A stretch of 64,000 bases of DNA from Octopus vulgaris. Its lineage: Eukaryota. The position numbers and the translations under genes were made by a program. The notes beneath the pieces are model-generated. The model did not search any database, was not told where the DNA came from, and saw nothing but the letters and a program-made list of their open reading frames with translations. Below, piece by piece: positions 25,007 to 38,849 of the stretch (position 1 is its first letter; each line of letters begins with the position of its first letter). The DNA is taken from contig OX597816.1 in the NCBI GenBank assembly GCA_951406725.2, positions 115,940,001 to 116,004,000 on the forward strand, in the 5' to 3' direction.

Positions 25007-28000
25007 CAGTGGCGGATATACAGTATTGGGGCCAAGAAGCTTAAAATATTATGGGGGCTCCCTTCACAACCAGCAAAAGAAGGGTAACATCCAACAAGGG
25101 TCAAAGGATTTTCTTGCCCTTGCAAGGAACTCCAGCTTCAGGCCCTGATAGACCAAATGATAGAATTGTGATGTGGCGACCTTAAAAATGAGTCTGAAAG
25201 TGAGCCCAGCAGAAATGAGTTGTGGATAATCACCAATATCTTTGTCGATGTGGGTGTTCCATGGTAGATCACTACAAATATTTTCCAGGCTGTCTTATAC
25301 TGTTAGAGTTATGGGGGTTGAAAATTAGGTAAGCCTTATATACATGATTGAAGCATCATTAAGACACATGTGAAAATTACAAAATACTCTTTTTTGTGGG
25401 GTATTTTTGTAGCAACAATTTTGTCATATGACAGCTTCTTTGCAATGTCATTTTCTAGAGATAATATGCATAAGGAATTTAATCGCTCTTCTGTCATGGT
25501 AAACTAAAATTTATTCTTAAAGAAGAGCTTTGATAAACTCCTTTCTGCTTCACAGCTCGTCATGGGCATTGTCAAGTACAGCTTATGCGCAGTGGTAATA
25601 TTAGGGGACACTTCAATTAATTGTTGCTCATAAATAAGCTGAAGAAATTCTGTGCATTACATTTTAGATTGTGTGTTTTCTTCTGTGTTCTACGATTTCC
25701 TAAGGTGTAAATACTCTTTGAACTGATAACACTCATTTATTAATTTGTGGTCAATATCGTCTTTGTAATGCGACATTATAAGTTTGACACTGTTCTTATA
25801 AAATTCTGAATTGTTCATCAGTTCTGAGAGAAACTTGAACCTTTTCGCAATCTGCTCCTATAAGTCCATCCTCTTGCTTAACTGGATTTTTAAGCAGTCA
25901 TAAACTTGATTTAGAACTTCTATCCTAAATTTTTCAGTCCCTTTCAAAGACGCCTTATCATTTGTCCTATCTCCAAATTTCTTTGTAACAATGCGTTTGG
26001 GAACAGCAGAATAATTTGAGGTGATATATTTATACAAACCTTTTGCTACTGATTCATAATGTGCAATCCTGTCGGCTGAATTTTCTCGTAGTTCTTTAAC
26101 AAATGAAGGCATTCTCTTCTATCTATCATAGACCAGAACCAAGGATTTGGAGTTCCTTACTTGTTTTGTTAAAATGCTCCATAACTTCTTCCCAAACTAG
26201 TGTTAAAACAGCATATTCCAATTTTACCAACTTGTGGTTTAAATTCTTTTCTTCTCGTTTACATTCAGGCTTCTCTTCTGAGTCTTCAAACGTACGTTTA
26301 AGAGTTTGTAAAATATCCCTAAATCCCGAACTGCTTCATAGTGTGCAGACCATCTAGTTACGCTTAAGCTCTTTAGAGAAAAGACTGGATTCCAGGAGAT
26401 TCAGAAAAGAAAACATACAGCTGCTTCAAGATGCCAAAATAGTCAACAATTTCAGGTACAATAGTCATTGCCTTTTACCAAACAAGGCTGACTGAATATC
26501 TTGCACATGGTACATAGTCTGCATAACTGTTAATGTTTCTGAGAAATGCTTGCAGCCCTTTCTCAGAGCCCTTCATGTTGGACACTTTATCGTACGACTG
26601 ACCATGGGTATTTTCAAGTGAAAGCTTATGTTCCCCCAGAAATTGTTATTTTGTTGAACAAGGTCGTGGATTAATGGTTTTCTATTGGAAAAAATGCTAA
26701 AAATCTCTCGCGGGGCTCTCCATTATAACAGTATCGAACCACAATTACCAGCCGATTAACATGTGTCACGCAAGGTTTAGAGTCAACAATAATTGACTAG
26801 TATTTGGTGTCTTGGTTGTTGATCTCATTCACCACTTCATCTTTCACATGTTTTCCCATGATTTCTATCAATTCTTCATACACAGATTTTGATTAGTAAG
26901 TAATGTTTACTTTTTCATTTTTACATTTCTCTAAATGTTCATGTAAAAATGGGCCAAACTCCGAAAGAAGCTGAATAGCCCCCATGAAATTTCCATTGTT
27001 TGGGTAGCCCCACCTTTTCACATGACCTCTAAATGCTAAGTATCTTTCACTTAAAAACTTTAGTACTGCTACAACTCTTTTTATTACTTCAAAATAGTAC
27101 TGCATGTTTTTTCTCAACTGTTCCTCAAGTTGCTGATCCACGGGATTTTTATTTGATTTTCGTGTTAGCCAGCTCAACATCGCCATTATGTGTCCATGCT
27201 GTCTTCATGATTTTCTGTAGTTCTGAGTATATTCATCCAATTAGAAAACCCACCTGTTGTAAGTGGTATTTGGCATTTAGAAAAGAGCTTGCTCTGGGAA
27301 TAAACTAACCAGGGTCTCATCACAGGCTGAGAATTTTTCAATCTACTTTTCAAAGCACTTGTTTGATAAACTTCGATTTTTCTGTTTTTAAATCTTGTTG
27401 GATTCAGTATATACGTTATCTAGTTTTTCATTTTGAAAAAAAACTGATGTCTTTCATTAAACAGTTTTGTATAAAAACACTATCAATTGTTACAGGCCAG
27501 TATGCCGGATTACTGTATTCTTTGAAATCACTAAATTTGCTTCCTGTTTCTGCTCTCTCTTTTCTTGAAGTTCTTAAACACAGTGATCATCATCTGCACC
27601 AAAAGTGTCAACAGTAGGTTGATTATTGCTAAACAGAGCACTCCTGATTTGTGCACTATCATTGACTTCACTGGTTATAGTTTGATAGTTTTTGACATTT
27701 AGAAATTTCGTCAGATTGCTTTTCCTTGAGTTGGCGTTTCTGGTATCCGCTAAATTATTTTCTTAAAGACATTGCTATTCCTGTTGGGGCCTAGACCTCT
27801 GTGAAAATAAAATTAGGGTAATATTTTCATTAGCCACAGCAAGTCAGAGATAGATCCAGATAAGGGTCTACAACTTAATATATAGTCATAAATGAAGAAT
27901 TGTGCATTTTGTACAAGATGATATTCAAACAATTTTTAAAGTAGAAAAATGCTTTGTTACTTTACAGATTGTAAGTCCAAAATTAGGAGGCAAACCCTCT

Positions 28001-28399
28001 CATTGGTCACTAAGTAATGGTGCAAAACTAAGAATTCTTATCTCTATCATGCTGATGTAGTAGTAGACATATTTGACAATGAGAGAGGCAGAGATGAAGT
28101 TGCCAAAATAATTCAAGTAGAGCGAATTATCTGCGAATCGTTTGTACTTTTATTTTTTATGCTACTCCACACTGGCAGAAACATCAGGTGAACAACTCGT
28201 GGCTAGACACTGCGTGTCTAGATTCTGCGTAGGAGTATGATATGACGTCCACTATGACTGGTAACAGCAATCTGCAAGGCAAAATACAAAAATAGAAAAA
28301 TGATAGAATGAAAGAATCAAGTTGCTTCAGAGGGGCCCCTCCGGGACTAGGGGGCTCTGAGGCTTAAGCTTCATTAGTTTTGTGGTAGATCCGCCACTG
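25007..28399 (-). mobile_element. Full-length decayed hAT DNA transposon (DUF4371 / ZMYM1-like, Tip100-type)
   Basis: TIRs CAGTGGCGGATATAC and CAGTGGCGGATCTAC (14/15); 8-bp TSD GTAAGCAT (24999-25006) and GCAAGCAT (28400-28407); subterminal GGGGCYC motifs. Confidence 0.95.
25380..27772 (-). pseudogene. hAT transposase pseudogene
   Basis: ATG at 27772 then SGYQKRQ; LAFRGH..NGNF; SIIVDS (first D); GQSYD..SNMKG (second D); YVPC; LSVTRW; C-terminal MPMTSCEAERSLSKL..TMTEERLNSLCILSLE dimerisation domain. Multiple stops and frameshifts. Confidence 0.92.
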
Positions 28400-29605
28400 G
28401 CAAGCATAACTCAGTTTTTGGCAAAATACAAGATTCTTTACAATAGATAAGATTAAATGAATTTTATCATTTCACATCCTACGTCTTCTTAATATTTCAC
28501 TATCGGTAACTTCCCATAACAGGATGATTGCTATGTTTCACTCATCATATTTGGAATAAACGTTGTAAGATTCATATTAGTACCGTATTTTTTGTATCAA
28601 TCACTCGACAAGTCATTTCCCTTTTTCTTGTTTCCTATCTGATGGCTGAGTAACAGCTCCTTTGGTGAAAAAGGTAATAATTTTTGAATCAACATGAACA
28701 TCGAAACAGTTAAAATTCAGATAAATTAAATATTTTTAAGTATATTTACGCATAAGTTTTTATTTGTATTAACTGCACGGTACAACCTGAGGACAATTTA
28801 TTTTATTAGTGAGTGTTATTTATCAGTTGATTTAAGTCAAAGCGAACTTCTTGACAATTATACATAAATTATAGATGTGTTGGAAGAAGGAAATGAAATA
28901 GAAGAACGAACTTAAATACCATTCTAATCAAACAAAACTTCGATGACACATTTACATTATATTCCATAGTAATAAATAATGACTAACTCGCTTGTAACTT
29001 TGAATACATAACTAATGCAGACTTTTTCGGTTTTTAATGAAACACGGTGTGAGACGGAGAGTTTAAAGGTGAACAAAATGTACTGTCATCAGCAAGCAAG
29101 TAGGTGGTATGTGAAATGATAGATAGAAGAGAATGCAATAGAGAAGGAGAAAAAAATGTTGGATATTCGAATTAATTGACTGTGATCATGGAGAGAAATA
29201 TCAACCATGGCCGAAAACTGGAGGCGACCTAGTCAGCTTGAATCTTGTTCAGTAGTCACGGAATTTGCTTTCAAATTTTTATATTCAGTCATATATCAAA
29301 GAGTTTTGTAGCGACCGAAACCAAGCACGAATCAGAAATACACCTTTGACAACTATGATTTCAAAAAGACAGCAAGAAAAAAAGAATGTACTACGAAGAA
29401 AAGAAGAGGAAAATGATACATCTTATATGTATCAACTTCCATAATTACTAAATCTGCTGTAAAAGCCATTATGTTAAGTTGATGATAGTTCTCGCTAATA
29501 TGCCATGGTTTCATTATGCAATACTCGCAGACTCACCCCACCAAACCTATGTTACTCTCTGTCAACATATATGTGTGTGTGTGTGCGTGTAAGCGTATAT
29601 GTATA

Positions 29606-29647
<42 letters not shown>

Positions 29648-29700
29648 TATGTATGTATGTGTGTGTGCCTTTGTGCGCGCATATATATACGCATATATAT

Positions 29701-29790
<90 letters not shown>

Positions 29791-30393
29791 ATATGTGTGT
29801 ATGAGTGTCACTAGATCTCTTTTTCTTTCTGTTTCCCAATTGTGTCATTCCACCAGCATTCTCAGGATTCAGGAATAAATATTAATTATAAAATAATAGG
29901 GTAATTGTTCTTGAAGTACTCGAAATGTCGTCATTTGGAACAAACGAACGAACAAACGAACAAACAAACGAATAAATGTCCTTTTTCTTCATCCGAAATC
30001 AGTGTGTTACGTTTCTCAAGTGTTTGCGATAACACATTTCTGTTACTGGCAACTATTCATTTAAAAGCGAGTGAATGAAGCACTATTACGAGTTGTAAAC
30101 GTATTAATACTAGCCTGTTATCTATATAAAGTATGTTATTGCTTATATTTATGTATAAAACAAAAACTGAAGACTTACAGCATTTGAGAGAGTAGCTCTC
30201 ATTTTCACACCTGTCTCTGTCTAAGAATATGTGTGTACACATAAATATATGTATGTATATGCATGTATATATATATGGCGAGAGAGAGGAAGAGAGAGAT
30301 ACACACATACATACACGTATATATTTGTATACACACACACATACACACATATATATATATATTTGTATACACACATACAGACACACACACACA

Positions 30394-30450
<57 letters not shown>

Positions 30451-31057
30451 ATAGATGAGATCAAGATACTCTCTGTATAGAATATACTTTGTAGTGCACA
30501 AAAGATTTAGACTTGAGCGGGTATAGAAGTAAATACAGGGATAAGCAAATTAGACAAATCAATACGTATGGTATATTAAATACATGAACTTCAAAACATG
30601 TGTATATATGTATACATATATAAACATATATAGGTCCCACTGACAATGCAAATGAAATAGATAACTATTCTGTGTAAGTCGGACCTTTTTATATGTGCCT
30701 ATATATAAACATTTCTGTATTTCATGGATTTTATATAAATACTTTATATATTGATATGGCTAATTTGCATATCGCTAAATTTACATAAATGTACACATAT
30801 ATGCGGTTCAACGGTAGCTTAACTGACCAAAACTTCGAAGTCACTATTAACAATATTCCTGTTTCAGGATAAACACTCACACACACACACACACACACAT
30901 TTATATATATTTAAGATTACCATCATTATTCAGTGAAGTTCCATGTACCTTCTGAAATATACACTGTATTCGTATTTGAATATTGTCTCTACCAGTGAAC
31001 CATTCGCATCAGATCTGAGTCAGATCCTCAGCAGAAGAACTGAACACTATTCGTGAA

Positions 31058-31092
31058 CTGATGAAGGCTTGAGTGAAATATCCGGAAATTTT
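31058..31092 (+). ncRNA. Eroded hammerhead-like motif related to the one at 37572-37617
   Basis: CTGATGAAGGCTTGAGTGAAATATCCGGAAA resembles CCGATGAAGGCTTAAGGGTATATCAGCC; stems I and III not intact. Confidence 0.3.
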
Positions 31093-31135
31093 CTGCTTCG
31101 CGTTTCATCATTCCGAAAAAGAATTATTATTTAAT

Positions 31136-31240
31136 CTACGTGTATGTATGTATGTATGTATGTATGTATGTATGTATGTATGTATGTATGTATGTATGTA
31201 TGTAGGTAGGTAGGTAGGTAGGTAGGTAGGTATGTATGTA
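31136..31240. repeat. Compound (TATG)n-(TAGG)n microsatellite
   Basis: Direct inspection. Confidence 0.95.
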
Positions 31241-31410
31241 TTGGGTCATCCATAAAGAATGCGGATTTTTTAATTGCTTGAACTATAAATCGGAGGGGGA
31301 CGGGATAAACTAGCTGCATCAACTTGCTATAAAAATAGTTAAGTTTACTTTGTGAAAAGTTTGAAGCATATGACTTCAATAAAACTGATTTGTCATGTAG
31401 CGCAAAAACG
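31239..31410. mobile_element. Mariner-like terminal fragment
   Basis: TA|TTGGGTCATCCATAAAGAATGCGGATTTTT resembles mariner TIR ends; partner not seen. Confidence 0.4.
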
Positions 31411-31683
31411 TACATAGATAAGACTCACCCATGCACTTTCATTGTTAAGATATAGGGTAAAATTTAAATGGGAGTTGGCTGCTAATTTTATCGTGTCTAG
31501 AACTAACATAGAAGTCCCAGTGCGAACACAGGTAAACTGAATTAGTTAAATTATGTGCCATAATGTGCTTAATAGAAAGGGAGAGAGAAACACAGAGAGG
31601 GGGCAAGTTGTTGTCTGGAGCTCAGGTTTTAGAAAAATATAAAAATGTTGAATTCTATACGGTTTCTAACACATTTACTGGTT

Positions 31684-31714
<31 letters not shown>

Positions 31715-32000
31715 TACACACATATGGATATGGATATATATACATTTAAACGTGTGTGTCTATGAGAGATAGACATATTGTGAAAGTGAATGTATGATAT
31801 GTATGCCTGTATACTACATATTCTTTCTAACACTGTACTCTAACCAAAATGAGTTAATTTTACAGATATGGTATCAATTTCTAAAGCTATGTTTGTCGTT
31901 TTATCCTCTTACCTTGACTACAATGGTGGATGCTCCCTATATCTTCTTAATTATGAGATATGATTTCAATTTCACTCCATCATTTGTATTATTACCAAGT

Positions 32001-32167
32001 GGCGGGAGTGGCTGTGTGGTAAGTAGCTTGTTTACCAACCACATGGTTCCGGGTTCAGTCCCACTGCGTGGCACCTTGGGCAAATGTCTTCTACTATAGC
32101 CGCGGGCCGATCAAAGCCTTGTGAGAGGATTTGGTAAACGGAAACTGAAAGAAGCCCGTCGTATATA

Positions 32168-32232
<65 letters not shown>

Positions 32233-32405
32233 GCGTGTGTGTGTTTGTGTGTCTGTGTTTGTCCCCCTAGCAATGCTTGACAACCGATGCTGGTGTGTTT
32301 ATGTCCCCGTTACTTAGCGGTTCGGCAAAAGAGACCGACAGAATAAGTACTGGGCTTACAAAAGAATAAGTCCGGGGTCGAGTTGCTCGATTAAAGGCGG
32401 TGCTC
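32001..32405 (+). mobile_element. SINE family A, young copy with disrupted 3' end
   Basis: Nearly identical to 50628-51020; ends at a 15-bp duplication TGCTCGATTAAAGGC (32384-32398 and 32401-32415). Confidence 0.93.
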
Positions 32406-34054
32406 GATTAAAGGCTGTGATTTTGACCTCACTATCCAGTGCTCTTTGTTTACTCGACTGATCCATCTCTATCCGTATCCTTGCTCAAAGAACCCTTTGA
32501 GTGAATAGGCTAATGTGAATAAGGAGCGACATTTTAAGATAAAACAACAAGAATAACTCAATTCTCTATTTATTCATTTTCTATTAAAACCCTACGTTCA
32601 GAAAATTTATGATGTTGCACAGGAAATAAATTGATCTTGCCATTCAATAGGAAAAAACGTTTTGCTTAAGTTTTGTTAGTAATAAAATCGCCCCCCCCCT
32701 CTAAAAAAAAGACAACAAATAAACAGCAGCAGTTACTGCTAATATAGCCATTGCCACAAGTGCTAAGATATGTATTACAACTAACCTCTGCCGAAATTAT
32801 TAGTTTAGTAAGCTTTGCGTGAAGCTGAATGCGTACGCATTAGTATGAGAAACAGAAAATAAATAAAAGACAGAGACGGAGAGGAAATAATAATGAGATT
32901 GAGATATAAACAGCAACAACTGTAGGGGAAGACACACATACATACATACAACAAGAGTGTTTATGTGTGTATGTGCTATATATGACCTAAGGCAGATTAT
33001 TTTTAACTTTCAGTACTTACATATGTTGAAGGTTTGTCAGGCAGCTGATCCTTGGGTAAACACCAAAATGATTAATCAGTTCGTATTTCTTACAAATATC
33101 ATACACAGCACACACATAAAAGAAAAGAAAAAAGAACTAATTCTTTCTTACCGCTTTGTCTCCACCCATTGCTTTAACAATGTCTGTTTCACTACGTTCT
33201 CCTGTCTCGAGAAATCTACACTCTGGACTTAACACTACAATCCCAGCGCTAATCCTTCTTTATATTCCTTACACATCAATGATATACTGGCTAAAATCTA
33301 TGTGATACTTCAAATAATTTTTGAGAAACTGGGATATATTTTATCTCTAAACTTCCTACAAATAACGCGAAGGTGTTAAATTATCATTCATATTTAATCT
33401 CTCTTGCCAAAATCCCTGAGAAATCTACATGGAGTGAGGGACAGATGTTTTCAAAAGCACATTTACCTTCTGCTCTCCAAAATCTCAGATGAACCCACAT
33501 TACGTCAAGAAACCCAAAAGAGGGTAGCAATATAACCACTACCCCATCTTCACCGAAAGCCAACCATAAGAGAGCGTCCATTGAAAAGGAAATGACATTA
33601 GTGGTGCCCAAGCATGGGCACAACTTTTGATCTGAAGCGCATAAAACAATATAAGACTAAAAGAATATTTGTCTTCATTATGGATGTGATTCTAAAATGT
33701 ACGATTAAGTTTACCCTTAAATCTAGTTTTAGAAGATCCTTCAGCTGCATGGCTGTTAAGAAAAGTGCTTGTTCGTCCCGGTCGCCATCACTGTCGTCGT
33801 GTTTCGTTGATATTGTTGTTGTGGGCGTTGATGGTGACGGTGGCGGCGGTAGTTGTAGTAGTATTGTTGTTCTCTGTAGATACTGGATTTCTTGAGTGTA
33901 TAAACAGACTGGCTGCTTGTATCTCTGAAATTGGTCAAATTTGTGTAGACACCACTAATGAGAACCAACTAAGGTACCAAAATCGATTAAGCTTGGTCGT
34001 TATTTTTTCTTTATTTCTTCTATCTACGGAGAAGTAGTTGAATTTACCCCGTTT

Positions 34055-34455
34055 AGGCGCAAGCATAGCTGTGTAGTAAGAAGCTTGCCTCCCAACCACA
34101 TGGTTCCGGATTCAGTCCCACTCGTAGCAACTTGGGCAAGTGTCTACCACTATAGCCTTGGGCTGATCAAAGCCTTGTGAGCAGATTTGGTAGACGAAAG
34201 CTGAAAGAAGCTCGTCGTATGTGTATGTGTGTGTGTGTGTGTGTGTGTGAGTGCGCGCGTCTGTATCCATTTGTCTATATTTGTCCGCCCCATCACAACT
34301 TGACAAACGCTGTTGGTGTATTTAGGTCCTGGTAACTTAGCGGTTTGGTAAAGAGACCGATAGAATAAGTACTAGGCTTAAAAAGTAAGTCCTGGGGTTG
34401 ATTTGTTCGACTAAAATCCTTCACGGCGAGGTAATCCTGAAGCAAATAAAAGAAT
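34055..34455 (+). mobile_element. SINE family A
   Basis: Colinear with other family A copies; internal (TG)n. Confidence 0.9.
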
Positions 34456-34481
34456 TATATATATATGTACCTATGTATGAA

Positions 34482-35716
34482 CAGGGGTTGGACAAAATAA
34501 TGGAAACACCTAGCATCATGGCATCATAATTTTGAAATATCTATAAAACCTCCAAAAGCTTGTTTATTTCTATGCTTCTTGATTTATTATTAGTGTTGCT
34601 TAATATGTTTTGCTAAAATTGCTGTTTCTTTTCAGATATCATCAGAAAAAGGTAATTGAAATTCATTAGAATGACAGATCTATCGTACTTTCAAAGAGGT
34701 CAAATTCTTGGTGCTCATATTACACGCGCTAGCGTAACGAAAACAGCCGCAATATTTGGTGTATTAAGAAGTACTGTCTCGAAAGTAATTACAGCCTTTG
34801 AAAAAGAGCGAAAAACTTCCTCGTCGGAACAAAACTTCGGAAGAAAACCAAAGACTTCTGATAAGGACCGGCAGACTCTTACGCGAAAGTACTGCTTCCA
34901 AAATTAATACAGAGCTTCATGACTACCTTCAGGAACACAGTTTTCACAAACACTGTTCGCTGGGAACTGCACAAAGCCGGATTTCACGGGAGGGCTGCAA
35001 TCGGAAAATCACTACTTTTAAAAACAAATGTCGCAAAGCGTTTAGATTGAAGTAAAACTCTAGAGCAGTGGAAGAATGTTATTTTTTCTGACGAGTCATC
35101 CATTACCTTATGTCCGACCACCGGCCGAGTATGGAGACAGCCAAAAGAAGCATTTGACCCAGACTGCCTTCTTCCAACTGTTAAACATGGAGGAGGATCT
35201 GTGATGATCTAGTGGCGGCTGGCTATATCTTGGAAATCCGCCAGCCCAATGTTTTCCCTCCATGGCAGAATTAATAGTCAAGATTATTTAAGAATTTTAT
35301 CTTATCAAATTCATCCTATAGCTGTGGAAATGTTTCCGAAGGGAAACGCAGTCTTTCAGGGCGATAATGCACCAATTTTCATAACTAAAGCTGTTACTGA
35401 ATGGCACGAGGAACGTTCTAGTGAAGTCGAACATCTTATCTGGCCACCACAGTTCCCAGATCTCAATATTATTGAACATTTATGATGCATTTTAGGAAAA
35501 CAATGAAGTCGATATCCTCCACCATCATCACTACAAAAACTGGAGACTGTTTTAGCTGAACAATAGACAAAAATTCCTTTGGAAACAATTCAAACTTTGT
35601 ACGAGTCCAACCTCGTAGAATTCAAGCTGTAATTACTGCCAAAGGTGGTCCTACCCCATATTAAAATACATTTGTTTGAAATTTTAAGTTGTTTCCATTA
35701 TTTTGTCCGATCCCTG
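34482..35716 (+). mobile_element. Tc1-like (DD34E) DNA transposon, complete ends, decayed
   Basis: TIRs CAGGGGTTGGACAAAATAATGGAAACA and TGTTTCCATTATTTTGTCCGATCCCTG followed by TA; left TSD mutated to AA. Confidence 0.95.
34671..35663 (+). pseudogene. Tc1 transposase pseudogene
   Basis: MTDLSYFQRGQI HTH start, GRKPK, IFSDES, TVKHGGGSVMI, FQGDNAP, WPPQFPDLNIIEHL, KGGPTPY*; frameshifts and stops. Confidence 0.93.
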
Positions 35717-37217
35717 TATATATATATATATATCTTACCAGACACGGTATTTCACATTGTTCCTATGGTTTTGTGAAAGATTACATATGTTGCTTCTTGA
35801 AAATCGCAAAACATTCATGTCTACACGTACTAATTTTCTGGAAACCTTATAGCTGTAGGACAGAGTAATTTGGTCAATTGTTCCAAATACCTTTGGTTGA
35901 CATTTCCCTTTCTGAAAGAAAAACTCAATTGGGTGCAAACTGTTTAGCTAAGACGTTGACGAATCGGGAAAACTGTTTAGCTTTGGCAGTGTAATTAATC
36001 GAGTATATAGGTGGCATGAAAAGTAGAAGTGACGGAGTTGTACGGCATGTAGAGTCAAATGCATGCCGGTCCCTTCATCTTTGTGCTTAACATAAGGAGA
36101 GAAACAAACATATATATTGTGTAAAAGGGTGATATTTGTCAAGCAATACAGCATACATTTGCTGGAGTGAAAGCAGCGAAAGCTTGGAAGAGGCGCGAGA
36201 AGAGGAAAATAAAGACGAAGGAAGATGGTGTGAAAATATGTGATTAAAACCGCAACAGAGAAGAAAATGAGGAAAAATGAAAGAAGAGTAAAAAGGTAAT
36301 AAAAACACAGAAATACATCCATCCATCCTATAATACATACATATAACAAGAGAGAAATCTAGAGAAAAGAAGGAATGTGTGTGAGATGTAGGGTTATAAC
36401 GAGAAGAAAAAGAACCTTAAGAACGAAGAAATCTATTACCGTCAAACCAAAATAAATTGAAATTATCAGAAGCGGCTTGTATAACAAGTTGTTTGTTGAC
36501 TTAAGGAAATGTGATGGCGGGTAGTGATGGAAAATGGGGCGTATTCATTGTGAGGGTGCACCCGTTCTTTTCAGTTAACGAGGGTTATTACAGAGTCTAT
36601 CCCCTGCCCTTCACCCTATCCTTAGCCTCATGGATATTCGCGTCATCTTAGTTCCCCTAAAATTCATTTCTATCATTGAAGATGAGAGCATAAGTTACTT
36701 CCAAGGCGGTTAATTACGTACACAAATGTTGGTTCTTTTCACTTCATTACATCTCTTTGTGGTGGTTTGATGATAGCTTGTCACTGGATGACGTCACAGG
36801 GTTAGGCGTTAACTAGTGAAAGAGTGAAACTACCTCTATATATCATATTAACCCATACTGAGCATACGAATGTAGAGGTTACGTAGCTGTAGTTGTACAA
36901 CACTAGATCAAACTTGATCCAGTTAACAACTGACCGAAAACAATGTCATTTTGTAATGATTTTAAAAAGAGTAATCTCTGTCACAAAGGAGATTTAGCTA
37001 ATACTTCTAATACGTAAAACGATCAGATACATGTTACTCTATTGGTACAAAGATTCAATGATAGTGTCAAGGCGATGTACAGAGAAAATTTCGTTTCTTT
37101 CCTGTCCCAATGTTAATGAAATTAACGAATATGCTTCGGATTCCGAAACTATGAATGTATGTATGTTTATTGTGTATGTAAGCCTTTATAAATATGAATG
37201 CGTTTACACAATTATAC

Positions 37218-37463
37218 ATGGCGTGGATATGTGGTGAGATGTTTCTTTCCCAACATGTTTGTGGATTCAATCCCATGGCGTGGCAACTTCATCAATTGCC
37301 TTCTATCATAGTTTCGGGCCGACCAATGTCTTGCAAGCAGATTTGGCATACGGAAACTGATGGAAGCATGTCGTGACCACTAAGTTATGGGGAAATAAAC
37401 TCACCAATATCGGTTGTCAAGCGATGGTGGGGGATAAACATAAGTACAAAGACACACACACAC
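37218..37463. mobile_element. Rearranged SINE family A: 5' half on +, followed by an inverted middle segment
   Basis: 37218-37374 matches the family A head on +; 37375-37463 matches the post-microsatellite segment on -. Confidence 0.75.
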
Positions 37464-37521
37464 ATAAAAATATATATTTCACTTTTATATTATACTATGG
37501 AAGACGGTAGGGAATATAATT

Positions 37522-37667
37522 TTTACATTATTTACATTTGACGGATATTTGTCCTCATTTTGTTGGTTGTTAACACAACGTCTTGGCTGATATACCCTTA
37601 AGCCTTCATCGGGTGTCTTAGAGAAAGTTCAAACCTGGGCTCGCATTCCTAAGGTATTTTTCGATGC

Positions 37668-37721
<54 letters not shown>

Positions 37722-37812
37722 CATTATTATTGAGGTCACTGCTTGGAATCGAACTCGGAATCTTGGGGTTAGTAGCCCGCGCTTTTAACCACTATGCCAT
37801 ATGTCCATGAGC
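37522..37812 (-). mobile_element. tRNA-headed SINE with (AAT)n spacer and a hammerhead-like 3' module
   Basis: Minus: TGGCATAGTGG A-box, GGG-CT-ACT-AA-CCC anticodon arm, GTTCGATTCC B-box, (AAT)n, unique body, hammerhead fold, AATGTAAAT-type tandem tail. Confidence 0.85.
37572..37617 (-). ncRNA. Minimal type I hammerhead-like fold inside a SINE (three core substitutions)
   Basis: GACAC-CCGATGA-A-GGCT(12 nt)AGCC-AAGA-CGT-T-GTGTT; stems I and II intact, ACGT palindrome. Confidence 0.62.
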
Positions 37813-38099
37813 AGAGTGTTAGTAATATAGAGAAATCAAAGGCTGAGTAACGACTCTCGACAAATATAATTAATACCTTTTTTTCATATAAAGGACTATA
37901 AATAGTATATATCCAAATTTTATTCTTTCAGAAGTAAGAATATAATATAGCTGTAATAAGAATACAAGCTGTAAACTATACAATATAATAATTATCATTA
38001 TTATGGCTATTAAATTTAGTACGACAAATAAAACTATTCATTAATAATAATAATAATATTAACAACAACAACAACAATAACAACAACAACAACAACAAC

Positions 38100-38156
<57 letters not shown>

Positions 38157-38671
38157 TACTATTATTATTATTATTATCAATTAATAAATTAATGTAATTA
38201 TACATATAATTATTTAGTATAATGAAGACATCTTATTTATAATATGTAATTAATATTGAATTACTGATATGATGTATTTTACAGTAACTACAATAATTTG
38301 CACAGGAAAGATTTAAAATTCTGAATTAATATACTAAAAAATTAATTAACCCATATTCGACATTATTATATAGATTAAGATGACAAAACTTAAAGCTATA
38401 CATATATACATACATACACACACATACGTACGTACACACTCACATACACACATACACACACCACACATATATATATATATATATATTCCAAAATTCATAC
38501 ATATATACATGCACACACATGTATATACAAATACATATATATATATACATACACATGTACATATACTTATACACATATTGCAACTTCCATATACATATAC
38601 ACAGATATATACGTGCAAGAAAAATATATAGATGTATACAACCAAAATATACACATACAAACTCAATACAA

Positions 38672-38743
<72 letters not shown>

Positions 38744-38809
38744 ATACACGCACATACATACCCATAGATACATACATATACATCCACATACACAAAAACA
38801 TACATATAC

Positions 38810-38849
<40 letters not shown>

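Noticed and set aside
33384-34037. Overlapping short ORFs in moderately GC-rich DNA
   Set aside because: No domain recognised; partly degenerate triplet repeat.
37733-37812. tRNA gene with ACT anticodon
   Set aside because: No proper acceptor stem and joined to a SINE body; treated as a SINE head. Same for the tRNA-like heads at 4987, 53118 and 58552.
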